In this document: in pieces, positions 9,547 through 17,717 of the stretch | How the letters are laid out: each line of letters starts with the position of its first letter | Numbering within the stretch: position 1 is the first letter of the stretch | Virus record (IMG/VR): IMGVR_UViG_2778261535_000013 | Location: 1 to 43,950 of that record | Length of the DNA: 43,950 nt | Reading direction: 5' to 3' (one strand) | Source of the DNA: a virus | Taxonomy: Duplodnaviria > Heunggongvirae > Uroviricota > Caudoviricetes | Made by a program: the position numbers and the translations under genes | Notes under the pieces: generated by a model | The model's database searches: none | What the model saw: only the letters and a program-made list of their open reading frames with translations | What the model was told of the DNA's origin: nothing

Positions 9547-9731
9547 GTATCTGTATTGTTTTAATGCTGATACACACCGTTTTTTGATACAGTGATTCGA
9601 CCTACCATCGCGAAGAATTTTTTATTTCTTGTGTGTAACAATCTGACGAGGTGAGCACTCAAAGAGATAAGAGGCAGTAGAAATTTCGATCCCCCCTGAA
9701 TGCAATTTTTCGTATATATATACAAAACAGC

Positions 9732-9885
9732 GCGGGTTATGCGGGTTAGCGGGTTATCTTCGCGTGCTAAGCATTTTTTACTCTTTAATATCAATAAGTT
9801 AAAAAAACAACGTATTTAAATATCAGCCAGAATATAACCCGCAAGACATTCAAAATAACCCGCAAACACCCCTCAAATAACCCGC
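9732..9885. repeat. iteron cluster A: three tandem GCGGGTTA(T/G) copies, an AT-rich spacer, and three inverted ATAACCCGC copies
   Basis: direct reading of the sequence; the same 9-mer recurs at 17572-17694. Confidence 0.55.
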
Positions 9886-9966
9886 AAAAACATCCCTGAA
9901 AGTGGGCGCTGGTAATACTGAAAATTTATTCCATTAAATGAGCATTGTCCTCTCTCATCCATTCCG

Positions 9967-11628
9967 TTACACACCATCAAACGCCGCAAGCCGCTCTTTG
10001 TGGCTGTCGCTCATATCGAATGCAAATTCCTCATGCTCTGCCTGGAATGTGCCAAACGCCATCAGCGCCGCAACGCTCGGGTCTATCTTGTTGGATGATT
10101 TTTTCTTGTTCGGCTTGATATTGGCGTTCGCGTCACTCTGCATCACAACATTACTCATTGACCAGGCCAACACCGGATCACCACGATGCACAATCACCTT
10201 CCGGTTAACAAAAACTTCGAACGATTTCGCCGCCGGACTGAAACGAAGATATGTTTGCGGGAACGGCTCCACCTCAAATCCTGCTCCCTGTAGCTGCGTC
10301 CTCAGGTGCGTGGCGTTCCATGTATCGAAGCCCACCAGCCTGATATTGAAATTCTCTGCATCCGCCATGATGTCATCACGGATACGGTCATAATCAATGC
10401 AGTCACCCGGTGTTGTGCGTATCCAGCCCGCCTTTACCCACTGGCGATAGATGGCGCGGTTTTTATTGGCGGGATTCTGTAGCTGAAATTCCGGCAGATA
10501 GTGACGGGAAACCAGCATAATCTTTTTACCGACCGGGAAGGCATAGCACACGCTGGAAATATCGCTGGTTGATGATAAGTCCAGCCCCGCGTAGCACTCC
10601 TGCCCGTATAAATCCGCCTCCGCGAACGTTCCGGCACACTCCGCCCATGCACCGTTACCCATCCACGGCGTAGCCCCCTGACACCAGATATTGAATCGCT
10701 TGGTGAGCATTTCCACCCACTGCGACGGAATACCCCGCGCTTTCTGGATGGTTGAGGCCAGTTTTTCACGATCGACGGAAACATCGATATTGGGATTCGC
10801 CTTTATCCACATCGCCGGATCGTCAACCTCGCTTTCATCATCCAGCTCGTAAATCAGCACGAACATGGATTCGTTCACCTCTTCACCATCCAGTATCTGG
10901 CAGCAATAGTCGTAGTGTTGTTTACAGGCTGAAACAACGTTGCTCCCCGATGTGGTGATGGCAAATAATACCCCCTCTGGACGCGCCCCCATTCCCAGTT
11001 CAAGCGCGGAATAAACCCCGTTGTCAGGGTGCAGGTGATATTCATCCACAATGGCAAGACTCGGGTTTTTCCCCTCAATGGTTGCCGCTTTTGCTGCCAG
11101 TGGCGTTAACAGGCTGTTGGTTTTCGGGTGTATCACCTTGTGCGCCTGAATATTTACCCGCTTTCGTAACGGTCGGGATAAAAGGCACATCTGACGCGCA
11201 TCATCAAACACGATCCGCGCCTGATCACGACTCACGGCGGCGGTGTAAATATCCTGCTGCCCGTTTTCCATAACCAGAAACCAGTTAGCTAGGATAGCGG
11301 CGACCGTGGATTTGGCATTTTTTCGCGGTACTTCAATGAATGCGCTGGTGTATTTGCGCCGTCCGGTGGCCTTAACCTTAAAGCCCAGGATGCAGGAAAA
11401 GGCGAACTGCTGCCACGGCTCCAGTTCAATGGGGCTACCGCGCATTGCGCCTTTTACGTGCGGACACACCCTGGAAAAGGCAATAAACCGCTCCACGACC
11501 TCCTGATCGAACGTGTAAAGGGGGTTTTCGAGGTCAGAAAAATATCGTTTAACGGCCTGTTTCAGTCGTTTACAGGCCGTAATTTTGCCGTTTTTTACGC
11601 CTTCTGCGTACTCATGCCAGGCGGTCAA
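9967..11628 (-). CDS. terminase large subunit (element-encoded)
   Basis: 553 aa with ATPase-like N-terminal and nuclease-like C-terminal regions; translationally coupled to the upstream TerS. Confidence 0.9.
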   Translation of the reverse strand: MTAWHEYAEGVKNGKITACKRLKQAVKRYFSDLENPLYTFDQEVVERFIAFSRVCPHVKGAMRGSPIELEPWQQFAFSCILGFKVKATGRRKYTSAFIEVPRKNAKSTVAAILANWFLVMENGQQDIYTAAVSRDQARIVFDDARQMCLLSRPLRKRVNIQAHKVIHPKTNSLLTPLAAKAATIEGKNPSLAIVDEYHLHPDNGVYSALELGMGARPEGVLFAITTSGSNVVSACKQHYDYCCQILDGEEVNESMFVLIYELDDESEVDDPAMWIKANPNIDVSVDREKLASTIQKARGIPSQWVEMLTKRFNIWCQGATPWMGNGAWAECAGTFAEADLYGQECYAGLDLSSTSDISSVCYAFPVGKKIMLVSRHYLPEFQLQNPANKNRAIYRQWVKAGWIRTTPGDCIDYDRIRDDIMADAENFNIRLVGFDTWNATHLRTQLQGAGFEVEPFPQTYLRFSPAAKSFEVFVNRKVIVHRGDPVLAWSMSNVVMQSDANANIKPNKKKSSNKIDPSVAALMAFGTFQAEHEEFAFDMSDSHKERLAAFDGV

Positions 11629-11968
11629 GCTCGTCCTCCTCCTCTGTTTCCGGTGGATTTCTGCGGCGGCTTACCGGGTCAAAACCCAGCAAAGAAGCCA
11701 TTTTGATCATTATTCTTTCCGCGTCAGCCTTTGCGCTCAGGGCGGGGTTTCTGCTCTCGCTGCCCTGACTGTTAACAATGCTGAAGCCGCGCGTCGCAAG
11801 GTCTTCGACGGCTTTGCGGTATATGGAGTAGTTAACGCAATACAGTTCCAGATTGCTCCAGTCGGCGGGGGTAAGGTCTTCCCGCCCGGAAAGCTGGCGC
11901 GATTTTTCCTTCCACTGCCTGACCGCGATTTCATCCAGGTAAGCGGGGGCTTTTGGTGGTCTTGCCAT
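11612..11968 (-). CDS. terminase small subunit, P27 family
   Basis: likely start MARPPKAPAYLDE… at 11968; the ORF track extends further upstream to 12109; directly upstream of TerL. Confidence 0.7.
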   Translation of the reverse strand: MARPPKAPAYLDEIAVRQWKEKSRQLSGREDLTPADWSNLELYCVNYSIYRKAVEDLATRGFSIVNSQGSESRNPALSAKADAERIMIKMASLLGFDPVSRRRNPPETEEEDELDRLA

Positions 11969-12256
11969 GTTCTTTTTTCGCCCAATTATTTTCAAAAAAA
12001 TTCCCGTGCACAAAAATTTGAGGAGGCGGTCGGTGTCCGGCAGGGACGGTTTTGTCCTGAAAACCTCCCCCACCCCCTCTGACGGCCTCACCAGCGATTG
12101 CGAAAACATTCCATGACCTCGCGGTCACGGTCGGTTAATTGCTTCGCTGTGGTGCGTTCTGTGCGCCCTGTCCTGTTGGCTTTGTGCCCTGTCTCCTGTG
12201 TCTTCCATAAGTCACGCTGCCTTATCAGTCCACGTATCAGCCTGTTTTGCTCCTGT

Positions 12257-12697
12257 TCAGTCATCATCGCCATACATCCAGTCGTTACGGTGTGCCGCCC
12301 GTTCTTCCTGCTCGCGATACATGCCCGCCTTACGGTTCGCTTTCGTGGCTGGATCTTCCCGTGTCGTCTTACGGTTGTGGCACGTCTGGCACAATGCCTG
12401 GTGATTCCACTCAGGCCAGAAGAGAACATCACCGCCGCCATTGATGGGAATGATGTGATCCACCACAAGAGCTGGCGTATAAATCCCCTTAGCCAGACAA
12501 CGCACGCATAACGGGTTTTTGCTCAGGTACAGGGCGCGGTATTTGTCCCACTGTCGGGAATACCCGCGCGCGCGGCGGTGTCCCCGTCTGGCATCCTCTG
12601 CACGCCATGCAGCCCGCCTGTGCTCTTCACACTTTCCGGACTTCACGCGCTTATTACAGCCCGGCTCAGTGCAGCGCCTTAATGGTTGCCACGGCAT
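12257..12697 (-). CDS. HNH endonuclease (packaging-associated)
   Basis: 146 aa with Cys-rich N-terminus and VVDHIIP…H…C HNH motif; positioned next to TerS. Confidence 0.8.
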   Translation of the reverse strand: MPWQPLRRCTEPGCNKRVKSGKCEEHRRAAWRAEDARRGHRRARGYSRQWDKYRALYLSKNPLCVRCLAKGIYTPALVVDHIIPINGGGDVLFWPEWNHQALCQTCHNRKTTREDPATKANRKAGMYREQEERAAHRNDWMYGDDD

Positions 12698-12996
12698 CAG
12701 TACACCCCCACATCACGATAAACCGACCAGAGCGCAGAAATAGCCATAGGCAGTTCAGACTGCTCCACAGGTGAAACCGCTTCCCTGTTCTCGTACAGGA
12801 AAGCGATGTACATCAGGCAACCAACACGTATTGCCGGGGTAAATTCCAGCCCGTCTTCAAAACGTTTCCCGATATGCTTCTGGCAGGCTTCCAGCGCCGC
12901 ATCGGTATACATTTTCAGAAGTTCGCCTTCTCCGGAAAAGTCATCAAGGCGAAGATGTGCCCTGACTTCATCAGGTGTAATTTTGTCTTCACTCAT
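12697..12996 (-). CDS. head-tail connector (gp6-like)
   Basis: likely start MSEDKITPDEVRAHLRLDDF… at 12996; similar in pattern to the resident gp6-like protein. Confidence 0.6.
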   Translation of the reverse strand: MSEDKITPDEVRAHLRLDDFSGEGELLKMYTDAALEACQKHIGKRFEDGLEFTPAIRVGCLMYIAFLYENREAVSPVEQSELPMAISALWSVYRDVGVY

Positions 12997-14203
12997 CTTT
13001 TTCACCTTTAATTTCCACAGTCTGCTTCCATGCCTGGCTGAACTCGTCGCCACCTTCACGCGGCGGCATTCCCTCACGCTCACGGGCTTCGTTCGGATTC
13101 ATGATCCCGTTCTTAATCCCTTTCTCATACGTGGCGTAACGTTCAGTAGGTGTGGCGCGCAGTAAATCGGCTGAATCAAACTCAACCAGATAACGGGTAC
13201 CAGGTACGGGAGAAGCCACCAGCAAAGCGGCCTTGATTTGCTGTTCGAAGTTCGCCAGCCACGGACGCATTGTCATAGTCAGAAACGCGCGGCTTGCCTC
13301 ACTGAAATTGCTGTAGGTGCTGTTGCTGTATTCCTGCAGAAAAATCGGCGACACGTTGAACATCCGGGCGATGTCTTCAATGGAGAAGCGACGGGAGGCC
13401 AGCCATTCCGCATCCTGGTTACTCATCCCCAGTTGCTTGTAATCCATGCCCCCTTCAAGGATTGGCGTTTTTCCGGCATTTTTCGCCCCCTTGTAGCGTT
13501 CCAGTGCGTCTAATGCCTGTTTACCTTTCACGCCGTCCAGCCATTCGCCTGACGTGATAATCCCTGCCGCCATCATGCCATCTTTCATAATGCTGGCTCC
13601 GTGACGCTGTTGAGCAAGGCCAAGCCCCAGCGCCTCACGGCAAATCGTGATGGGGGAGCGTCCCAGAAAGCCATCATCCGAGGCATAGCGGAGATGCAGA
13701 ACTTCTTCCTGTAAATACGTGCGCACCGTTCCTGTACAGGGTTCGGTGATGGTATAGCGGTATTTGTGTGCGCCTGTGCGTTCCGGTACAACACACCCCG
13801 GCGCATAAGGATGAAGTGATTTTGGCTGACCGTCCCGCCCCCATTCAATAACCGCATAGGCGTTACCGTTCAGCAGGCAGTGACGCATCATTGTGCGTTT
13901 AAACTGGTAAGGTGTCTGGCACGAATTAGGCTGCTCATTCAGCAGAATATCTACCGGATGACTGTCCAGCCATTCCCGCGCCTCCCTGCCCTTGTCATTA
14001 CGTACCAGATACAGATAACACGGCATCGTGGCCACCGCCTCAGCGATGACGGAAACCGCGTTCATCACTGCGGGCAATGATTCAGCCGTCCCGGCAGAAA
14101 CATATTCTCCGGATCCGGTATTCGGTACGCCGGACAGCACCAGAAAATCATCAATGGACAGGTTACGTTGCTCGCTTTTTTTACGACTAAAAGGCCACCA
14201 CAT
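12989..14203 (-). CDS. portal protein, HK97 family
   Basis: likely start MWWPFSRKK… at 14203, one nucleotide after the protease stop; the ORF track extends upstream to 14422 across the protease gene. Confidence 0.8.
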   Translation of the reverse strand: MWWPFSRKKSEQRNLSIDDFLVLSGVPNTGSGEYVSAGTAESLPAVMNAVSVIAEAVATMPCYLYLVRNDKGREAREWLDSHPVDILLNEQPNSCQTPYQFKRTMMRHCLLNGNAYAVIEWGRDGQPKSLHPYAPGCVVPERTGAHKYRYTITEPCTGTVRTYLQEEVLHLRYASDDGFLGRSPITICREALGLGLAQQRHGASIMKDGMMAAGIITSGEWLDGVKGKQALDALERYKGAKNAGKTPILEGGMDYKQLGMSNQDAEWLASRRFSIEDIARMFNVSPIFLQEYSNSTYSNFSEASRAFLTMTMRPWLANFEQQIKAALLVASPVPGTRYLVEFDSADLLRATPTERYATYEKGIKNGIMNPNEAREREGMPPREGGDEFSQAWKQTVEIKGEKDE

Positions 14204-14204
14204 A

Positions 14205-14765
14205 TCACAACCCCGCCAGCTCTGCCCAGCGATGACGATTATTTCCTGCCGGGCGTAATTCAGGGTGCTGTGCAAACAACGAACGGTGGGCAATCTCCAC
14301 GCCAGATTCGGGATAAGCAGGCATCGACGTGATCGTGATTTCCCTGAGTTCTGCAGCGGTAACAGTACGCAGATACGGTTTTTGCGCGATATTCCACTCT
14401 TCGCATAATGCGCGAAAGCCAAAGCTCATCCCTGTAATGTCGCCACGCTCCACCAGCGTAAGCACATCTTTTCCAAGCTGGGTATCAGGCGGTGTCAGTT
14501 CAAAACGTAGCCCGGTGTTGTCCTCAGTCAGTACCAGAGTGCCGGATTTGGTGCGCCCCAGCAGTTGGGTATAGTCATGCTCATACAGGCAGCGCACATC
14601 ATTACCCGCCGCCAGATAGTCAGCAAAAGCCCCCGGCGTGAACTGTTCGCGGAATTCGTCCCAGATAATTTCTGAAAGGCTGTTCCAGCGAACGGCATAC
14701 CCCACCAGCTTTTTATTGCTGGCGGTCAGTTCAGATGTGCGGATTTCAAAATCGGTGTTTTTCAT
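14205..14765 (-). CDS. prohead protease, HK97 family
   Basis: 186 aa; sequence pattern of HK97 prohead proteases; lies between capsid and portal genes. Confidence 0.85.
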   Translation of the reverse strand: MKNTDFEIRTSELTASNKKLVGYAVRWNSLSEIIWDEFREQFTPGAFADYLAAGNDVRCLYEHDYTQLLGRTKSGTLVLTEDNTGLRFELTPPDTQLGKDVLTLVERGDITGMSFGFRALCEEWNIAQKPYLRTVTAAELREITITSMPAYPESGVEIAHRSLFAQHPELRPAGNNRHRWAELAGL

Positions 14766-14819
14766 CGGTGTACTCCATAAAGCTGAAAAAGGAGGCCGCA
14801 GCCTCCTCCTTACTCATGA

Positions 14820-15989
14820 CTAGCCAGCTTTCATTTCCAGAATTTTGATGGCGTTTGAATCCACCACACCACCGCCCAGATATTTATCCGTGTGGACCTT
14901 GTAGAATCCGGGTTCAGTAATGTTGTCCGGTCGGGTGCGAATCCCTGTTACATGATCAACGATGAAATAACCACGACTGAAATCGCCAACCGCTAGCGGT
15001 GCTTTTCCTGCGCCGATGTCCGGCATGGACTCCAGGCAGAAAACAGGACGACCAAGCAACATATCCGGCGCACCTTCTTTAAGGCTGTCGCGCCAGATAT
15101 AATCGCCATTCTCATTTTTCAGCTTCTGTAGTGTCCCTGCCGTGCCCGAGTTCATCACCCAGACGGCATTTTTGCGGTATTTCGCTTTCAGCTTGTAGAG
15201 AATGTCGATCAGTTCGTCCGCTGTAATGGCGGTTCCACTTGCCGCTACCACTTTTTCAATGGTGCCAAAAGCGCGGGTTTTGTCACTGGTCGCCGCACGG
15301 GTGTAAGCCATGAAGCCTTTCGGCTTGCCGTTACCGTCGCCATTAACAAAATCATCCTCTTCGGTGCTGGCGAACGTGTCGGCAATTTCGGAGGATAACC
15401 AGCCCAAAATATCCACCTCTGAAAAATCCAGGATTTCCTGCGTGGTTTTCGGGTAGGCGTAGATCTGATTCAGCTTGATGGTTACACGTTCAATTTTCGG
15501 GGTGTTGGTTTCACTACGTGCGCTGCCTTCTGTGCCTCGTCCTACAGTTGCGCCGCCAGTGGAAACCAGTTTCTGAAACTCATTTGATTTTGCGGTCTTC
15601 ACGGTCGCGATCACGCGCATAACACTGTCATCCTGTAGCTGGCGCATGACTTCGCGATCAAGCTCAGGAATTACGGTATATCCGCCATCCCTGCCGCTGT
15701 CAGTGCTGGTGGACAGTGATCGCACATCTCCGGTTACGATGTAGTTACGCAATTCATCAGATGATAATTTCTGGATGCCCGTTCCTGGCTTGCTGCGTTC
15801 TTCATCAGCCACAGACTCGAGGCGGTAAATTTCTGTGTCGAGGGAATCGGCTTTTGCACGCAGTTCATCAAACTGTTTGCCCTCGTCATCGTTCAGGCTG
15901 CGGTTTTCACTGTCGGCTTTTTCCAGCAGGGATCGCATCTGGTTTTTCAGGGCGGTTTTTTGCTGGCGGAGTTCGATTAATTTCTTCAT
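14820..15989 (-). CDS. major capsid protein, HK97 family
   Basis: 389 aa; N-terminal coiled-coil region then capsid-fold sequence closely paralleling the resident capsid protein (…GDGNGKPKGF…). Confidence 0.9.
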   Translation of the reverse strand: MKKLIELRQQKTALKNQMRSLLEKADSENRSLNDDEGKQFDELRAKADSLDTEIYRLESVADEERSKPGTGIQKLSSDELRNYIVTGDVRSLSTSTDSGRDGGYTVIPELDREVMRQLQDDSVMRVIATVKTAKSNEFQKLVSTGGATVGRGTEGSARSETNTPKIERVTIKLNQIYAYPKTTQEILDFSEVDILGWLSSEIADTFASTEEDDFVNGDGNGKPKGFMAYTRAATSDKTRAFGTIEKVVAASGTAITADELIDILYKLKAKYRKNAVWVMNSGTAGTLQKLKNENGDYIWRDSLKEGAPDMLLGRPVFCLESMPDIGAGKAPLAVGDFSRGYFIVDHVTGIRTRPDNITEPGFYKVHTDKYLGGGVVDSNAIKILEMKAG

Positions 15990-16226
15990 GAAGGTTTTCT
16001 CGTATTGGTTAAGATTCAGGACGTGAAACCAACACGGAGGGAGCGCCGCCCGACACTCTCGGCATCTCGCAGATCAACCCGGCATCGCGCAGGGGGTCAG
16101 GCGGCATTGTGGCGGCTCACGTCTGAGTGCCACACGCCAACATATACATAAAAATCAGTATGTAAACATCAGCCAGAATCACCGAACAACCTGGAACAAC
16201 CACGAACAAATAATTTACAAAACCTG

Positions 16227-16255
16227 AAAAAAAGACCTGGAGAAAATCCAGGCCT
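16227..16255 (-). terminator. intrinsic terminator after the replication/accessory operon
   Basis: minus-strand stem CCTGGA/TCCAGG with loop, followed by TTTTTTT. Confidence 0.5.
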
Positions 16256-16263
16256 TTATCGCT

Positions 16264-16512
16264 TTATTGTTTCACTGGATCCCGCATTCTGCGTCTTATT
16301 TTCCACAGATATTCGATCATCGCTTCCACCTGCTCACGATTGGTTGCGAAAATTTCCCCGGTCAGTGAGCTGCGCAGAAAATCATGATGATCCACAACAA
16401 ACAACGCATCGGAAGAAAGCAGACGGCGATATTTTTTTGCTGTCGTGGTTTCCAGATCATCAAAACCATGAAACTTTTTATGTTGCTGGACTTCTTCAAA
16501 TGTCACTGGCAT
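16264..16512 (-). CDS. hypothetical protein
   Basis: 82 aa ORF overlapping the ProQ/FinO-like gene stop; no motif. Confidence 0.35.
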   Translation of the reverse strand: MPVTFEEVQQHKKFHGFDDLETTTAKKYRRLLSSDALFVVDHHDFLRSSLTGEIFATNREQVEAMIEYLWKIRRRMRDPVKQ

Positions 16513-17045
16513 GTATCCCCCTTTGCTGCCCGGCGCTGGCGCTTGTGCTTCTCATTCAGCGCCATCAGCCGCGTTTCTGCCTCCTGCTGTTCCTGTGGTG
16601 TCACTTCCCCACATGGCTGGCCTTTCAGGTCGTATCGTACCCCACCAGCAACCAGGGCGCGGTAATAGCGCGGAGACTGCGCATAAGATGCCAGCGTCGC
16701 ACGTAATGCCCCCGGCCCGAATGCCAGCCCCCTGACGGCGAGATCCTGCATCAGGTCGTCGAATATCCCCACCTTAAGCGGCTTCGGTGCTTCCCTGTTG
16801 AATAAGTCAGGCCACATCTCAGTGAGGCGGTTAACGCGCCTGCGGTTTTTGCGCTGGCGTTTGGTCATATGCCGCCACGGTGTCACCCCTGTGGGCTGCC
16901 CTTTGCGGCTCTGCTGTGCGTTCTGATTGCCGGGTATCACTTTATGCGCCGATGTGGTTTTATCCCGCTCTTGCGCCGCCTGCGTCGTTTTCTGCGGCGT
17001 GCCGTAAATGCCTTTCGGTTTTCGGTTAATGGTCAGCTTTGTCAT
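16503..17045 (-). CDS. ProQ/FinO-domain RNA-binding protein
   Basis: C-terminal region …WPDLFNREAPKPLKVGIFDDLMQDL…YAQSPRYYRAL…RYDLKGQPCGEVTPQE… aligns by eye with the ProQ N-terminal FinO domain; basic N-terminus. Confidence 0.7.
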   Translation of the reverse strand: MTKLTINRKPKGIYGTPQKTTQAAQERDKTTSAHKVIPGNQNAQQSRKGQPTGVTPWRHMTKRQRKNRRRVNRLTEMWPDLFNREAPKPLKVGIFDDLMQDLAVRGLAFGPGALRATLASYAQSPRYYRALVAGGVRYDLKGQPCGEVTPQEQQEAETRLMALNEKHKRQRRAAKGDTCQ

Positions 17046-17081
17046 GCCTTCCCCTGTAATTACTCTGTTCGCTGTTGTGAA

Positions 17082-17507
17082 TTAAAACTGTATGTTATCC
17101 CCGTACAGGTCATCGTGCTGGCCTGTCTGTTGTTTTGCCCTGTTCAGTGCGTCAGTGGCCTGCCCCTGTTGGCCTTTTTTGCCGCCCGGTCGCGCCGTTC
17201 TCGCACTGATTACGCTGTCTGCGATGACCTGCCAGCCCTGCCGCGTTTCGCCGTTCTGCCCTGTCCACTGGCTTACCTGCATGTTACCCGCCACGTTCAC
17301 CAGTTCGCCTTTGCGGTGTTTTGCCAGTGCGTCGGCCTGTCTGCCAAACGCCAGGACGGATAACCACATCGTCGCCGTTCCGTCATCTGCCTGGCTGCAT
17401 GGCAGGGGAACCGCCATACTCGCCATCGCCATTTGTGTTCCCTTGCTGGTGGTCTTTAACTGCGGGTCAGCCACCAGCCGCCCGTAAGCCGCTATCTGTG
17501 CTGTCAT
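17082..17507 (-). CDS. ssb: single-stranded DNA-binding protein
   Basis: 141 aa; N-terminal OB-fold-like sequence, Gly/Gln-rich linker and acidic C-terminal tail DDLYGDNIQF. Confidence 0.7.
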   Translation of the reverse strand: MTAQIAAYGRLVADPQLKTTSKGTQMAMASMAVPLPCSQADDGTATMWLSVLAFGRQADALAKHRKGELVNVAGNMQVSQWTGQNGETRQGWQVIADSVISARTARPGGKKGQQGQATDALNRAKQQTGQHDDLYGDNIQF

Positions 17508-17571
17508 GCTGTCTGCTCTCCGGTTTTAACGTTGATGGTTACGCTTGTTTACACCCTTACGGTGAAATTCT

Positions 17572-17694
17572 GCGGGTTATAATCGCACTTTTGCGGGTTA
17601 TAACTGCCGTTTTGCGGGTTACGTGCGGGTTATTGATTTCCTTTTTATTCATACAGTTAATGCACTTATATACATGATAACCCGCATAACCCGC
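17572..17694. repeat. iteron cluster B: four GCGGGTTA(T/C) copies, an AT-rich spacer, and two inverted ATAACCCGC copies; candidate origin
   Basis: direct reading; lies immediately downstream of the replication gene. Confidence 0.6.
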
Positions 17695-17717
17695 AACTTT
17701 TCACCTCACACAGGGGG

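Noticed and set aside
9732-9885. Possibility that the GCGGGTTAT repeat clusters are a CRISPR array
   Set aside because: Repeats are 9 bp with irregular spacing and mixed orientation, and there are no cas genes; the architecture is that of iterons.
11585-12082. 165-aa plus-strand ORF opposite the element TerS gene
   Set aside because: Antisense to a TerS ORF with recognisable features; no RBS or motif.
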